This document shows positions 6,541-8,177 of a stretch of 8,177 nt of DNA, one piece after another. Position 1 is the first letter of the stretch. Each line of letters opens with the position of its first letter. The stretch covers positions 1 through 8,177 of the forward strand of contig NW_021828538.1 in NCBI RefSeq assembly GCF_006345805.1, read 5' to 3'. This DNA is from Octopus sinensis. Its lineage: Eukaryota. Below the pieces are notes generated by a model that saw nothing but the letters and a program-made list of their open reading frames with translations, had not been told where the DNA came from and did no database searches. The position numbers and the translations under genes were made by a program.

Positions 6541-7499
6541 ATTTTGTTGTGTAAATGTATGTGTGTATATTTTGTTGTGTAAATGTATGTGTGTATATTT
6601 TGTTGAGTAAATGTATGTGTGTATATTTTGTTGTGTAAATGTATGTGTGTATATTTTGTTGAGTAAATGTATGTGTGTATATTTTGTTGCGTAAATGTAT
6701 ATGTGTATATTTTGTAGTGTAAATGTATGTGTGTATATTTTGTTGAGTAAATGTATGTGTGTATATTTTGTTATGTAAATGTGTGTATATTTTGTTGTGT
6801 AAATGTATGTGTATATTTTGTTGAGTAAATGTACGTGTTTATATTTTGTTGAGTAAATGTATGCGTGTATATTTTGTTATGTAAATGTGTGTATATTTTA
6901 TTGTGTTTGTATATTTTGTTGAGTAAACGTATGTGTGTATATTTTGTTGCGTAAATGTATGTGTGTATATTTTGTTATGTAAATGTATGTGCGTATATTT
7001 TGTTGTGTAAATGTATGTGTGTATATTTTGTTGAGTAATGTATTGTGTAATTTGTTATGTAAATGTGGTGTATATTTGTTTGTAAAGTATTTGTATATTT
7101 TGTTGAGTAAATGTATGTGTGTATATTTTGTTGAGTAAACGTATGTGTGTATATTTTTGTTGTGTAAATGTATGTGTGTATATTTTGTGTGTAAATGTAT
7201 ATGTATATTGTTGTGTGATGTATGTATATTTTGGTTGAGTAAATGTATGTGTGTATATTGTGTTACATGTATGTGTGTATTTTTGTTGAGTAAATGTATG
7301 TGTATATTTTGTTATGTATGTGTGTATATTTTGTTGTGTACATGTATGTGTGTATATTTTGTTGAGTAAATGTATGTGTATATTTTGTTGAGTAAATGTA
7401 TGTGTGTATATTTTGTTGTGTACATGTATGTGTGTATATTTTGTTGTGTAAATGTGTGTACATTTTGTTGTGTAAATGTATGTGTATATATTTTGTTAG
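6541..7499. repeat. Minisatellite, 28-bp consensus ATTTTGTTG(T/A)GTAAATGTATGTGTGTAT, about 35 copies
   Basis: Units start at 6541, 6569, 6597, 6625, 6653, 6681, 6709 and 6737 (28-bp period), with shorter 18-26-bp variants later. The + strand has almost no C. Confidence 0.97.
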
Positions 7500-7720
7500 T
7501 TGTGTGTGTTTGCATATGTGTGTTCGTGTGTGTGCGTGTGAGTGTATGTGTGCGTGTGGGTGTATGTGTGCGTGTATGTGTGTGCATGTGCTTGTTTGTG
7601 TGTAAGTGCGTGTGTGTGTGCTATGCGTGTGTGCACGTGTTAGTATGCGTGTACGTGTGTGCGTCCTTGTGTGTGTTTGTGCATCTGTATGTGTATGCGT
7701 GTGAATGAATGAGTGAATGA
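7500..7720. repeat. Degenerate (GT)n/(GTGC)n microsatellite ending in (TGAA)n
   Basis: Read directly. Confidence 0.9.
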
Positions 7721-7903
7721 ACTTCAGTTAGTGGTATTGCAGAAGTGCGAGTCTATAAAAGAGAAAATCAAGCAAACACCACGTGACTGCAGAACTTACT
7801 GCGAACGCACTTAACGTCGAAAAGTATATTTGTGTATTTGATAAAATTATCTTGTTTCTGCGTAATAGCTCACATTTCACCCGTTCGCCATTTTGATGCC
7901 TGC

Positions 7904-8177
7904 GGAGGCGCAATGGCCCACTGCTTAGGGCCAGTTGAGTCGCGGTCATTGGATCGCGGTTTCGATTCCCAGACCGGACGTTGTGAATATTTATTGAGCG
8001 AAAAGACTTAAAGCTCCGGCAGGGGTTGGTGGCGAACCCTGCTGTACGCTTTCACCACAACTTTCTGTCATTCTCTTTTCCTGTTTTTGTTGCACAAATA
8101 TTTGAAAGGTTCAGCCTTGTCACACTCTGTGTCATGCTGAATCTCCCCGAGAACTACGTTAAGGGTACATGTGTATG
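7904..8177 (+). mobile_element. tRNA-derived SINE (family C), running off the window end
   Basis: Starts GGAGGCGCAATGGCCCACTGCTTAGG (A-box-like at 7914-7924) with B box GGTTTCGATTCCC (7958-7970). The body is unrelated to families A and B and resembles a common octopus SINE as I recall it. Confidence 0.85.

Noticed and set aside
6498-6610. Phase-1-compatible acceptor (CAG at 6495-6497) reading VANNHLTTYRLLQWKFCCVNVC
   Set aside because: Its cysteines come from the minisatellite, and there is no CN motif or donor before the repeat.
6541-7499. Possible CRISPR-like array because of the ~28-bp repeats
   Set aside because: The units are directly adjacent with no unique spacers, and the context is eukaryotic with no cas genes.
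7145-7708. Five Cys/Val/Tyr-rich or His/Thr-rich ORFs on both strands
   Set aside because: They are translations of the 28-bp minisatellite and the GT tract, with no splice signals or non-repetitive content.
7727-7815. Acceptor-like sites giving EVRVYKRENQANTT* or LVVLQKCESIKEKIKQTPRDCRTYCERT*
   Set aside because: The pyrimidine tracts are poor. The phase-compatible frame has no cysteine and the Cys-containing frame is out of phase with the 5361 donor.
7904-7975. tRNA gene
   Set aside because: A and B boxes are present but there is no intact cloverleaf, and the sequence continues into a SINE body. The same applies to the heads near 4052 and 5947.

Overview
This is AT-rich, repeat-dense eukaryotic (animal) DNA with no prokaryotic gene structure. 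The tRNA-derived SINE families look like those I recognise from Octopus (coleoid cephalopod) genomes; that assignment is inference from memory, not a database result. The one convincing host coding sequence is a 150-nt internal exon (5212-5361, +) with good splice sites and phase 1 at both ends. It encodes the first five cysteines of a Ly6/uPAR (LU, three-finger; quiver/sleepless-like) domain. A weaker in-phase candidate terminal exon at 6091-6218 would complete an 8-Cys domain ending C-x5-CN followed by a stop, which would make it secreted rather than GPI-anchored. The rest is mostly mobile-element debris and tandem repeats: a decayed R4/Dong-like (REL endonuclease) LINE split by a younger RTE-clade LINE 3' fragment, three tRNA-SINE families (one copy inserted inverted into an older relative, giving a 63-bp hairpin), a minimal hammerhead-ribozyme-like motif of the Penelope-associated type (4829-4878), a ~960-bp 28-mer minisatellite and many microsatellites. 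Most ORFs in the supplied track are artefacts of these repeats.
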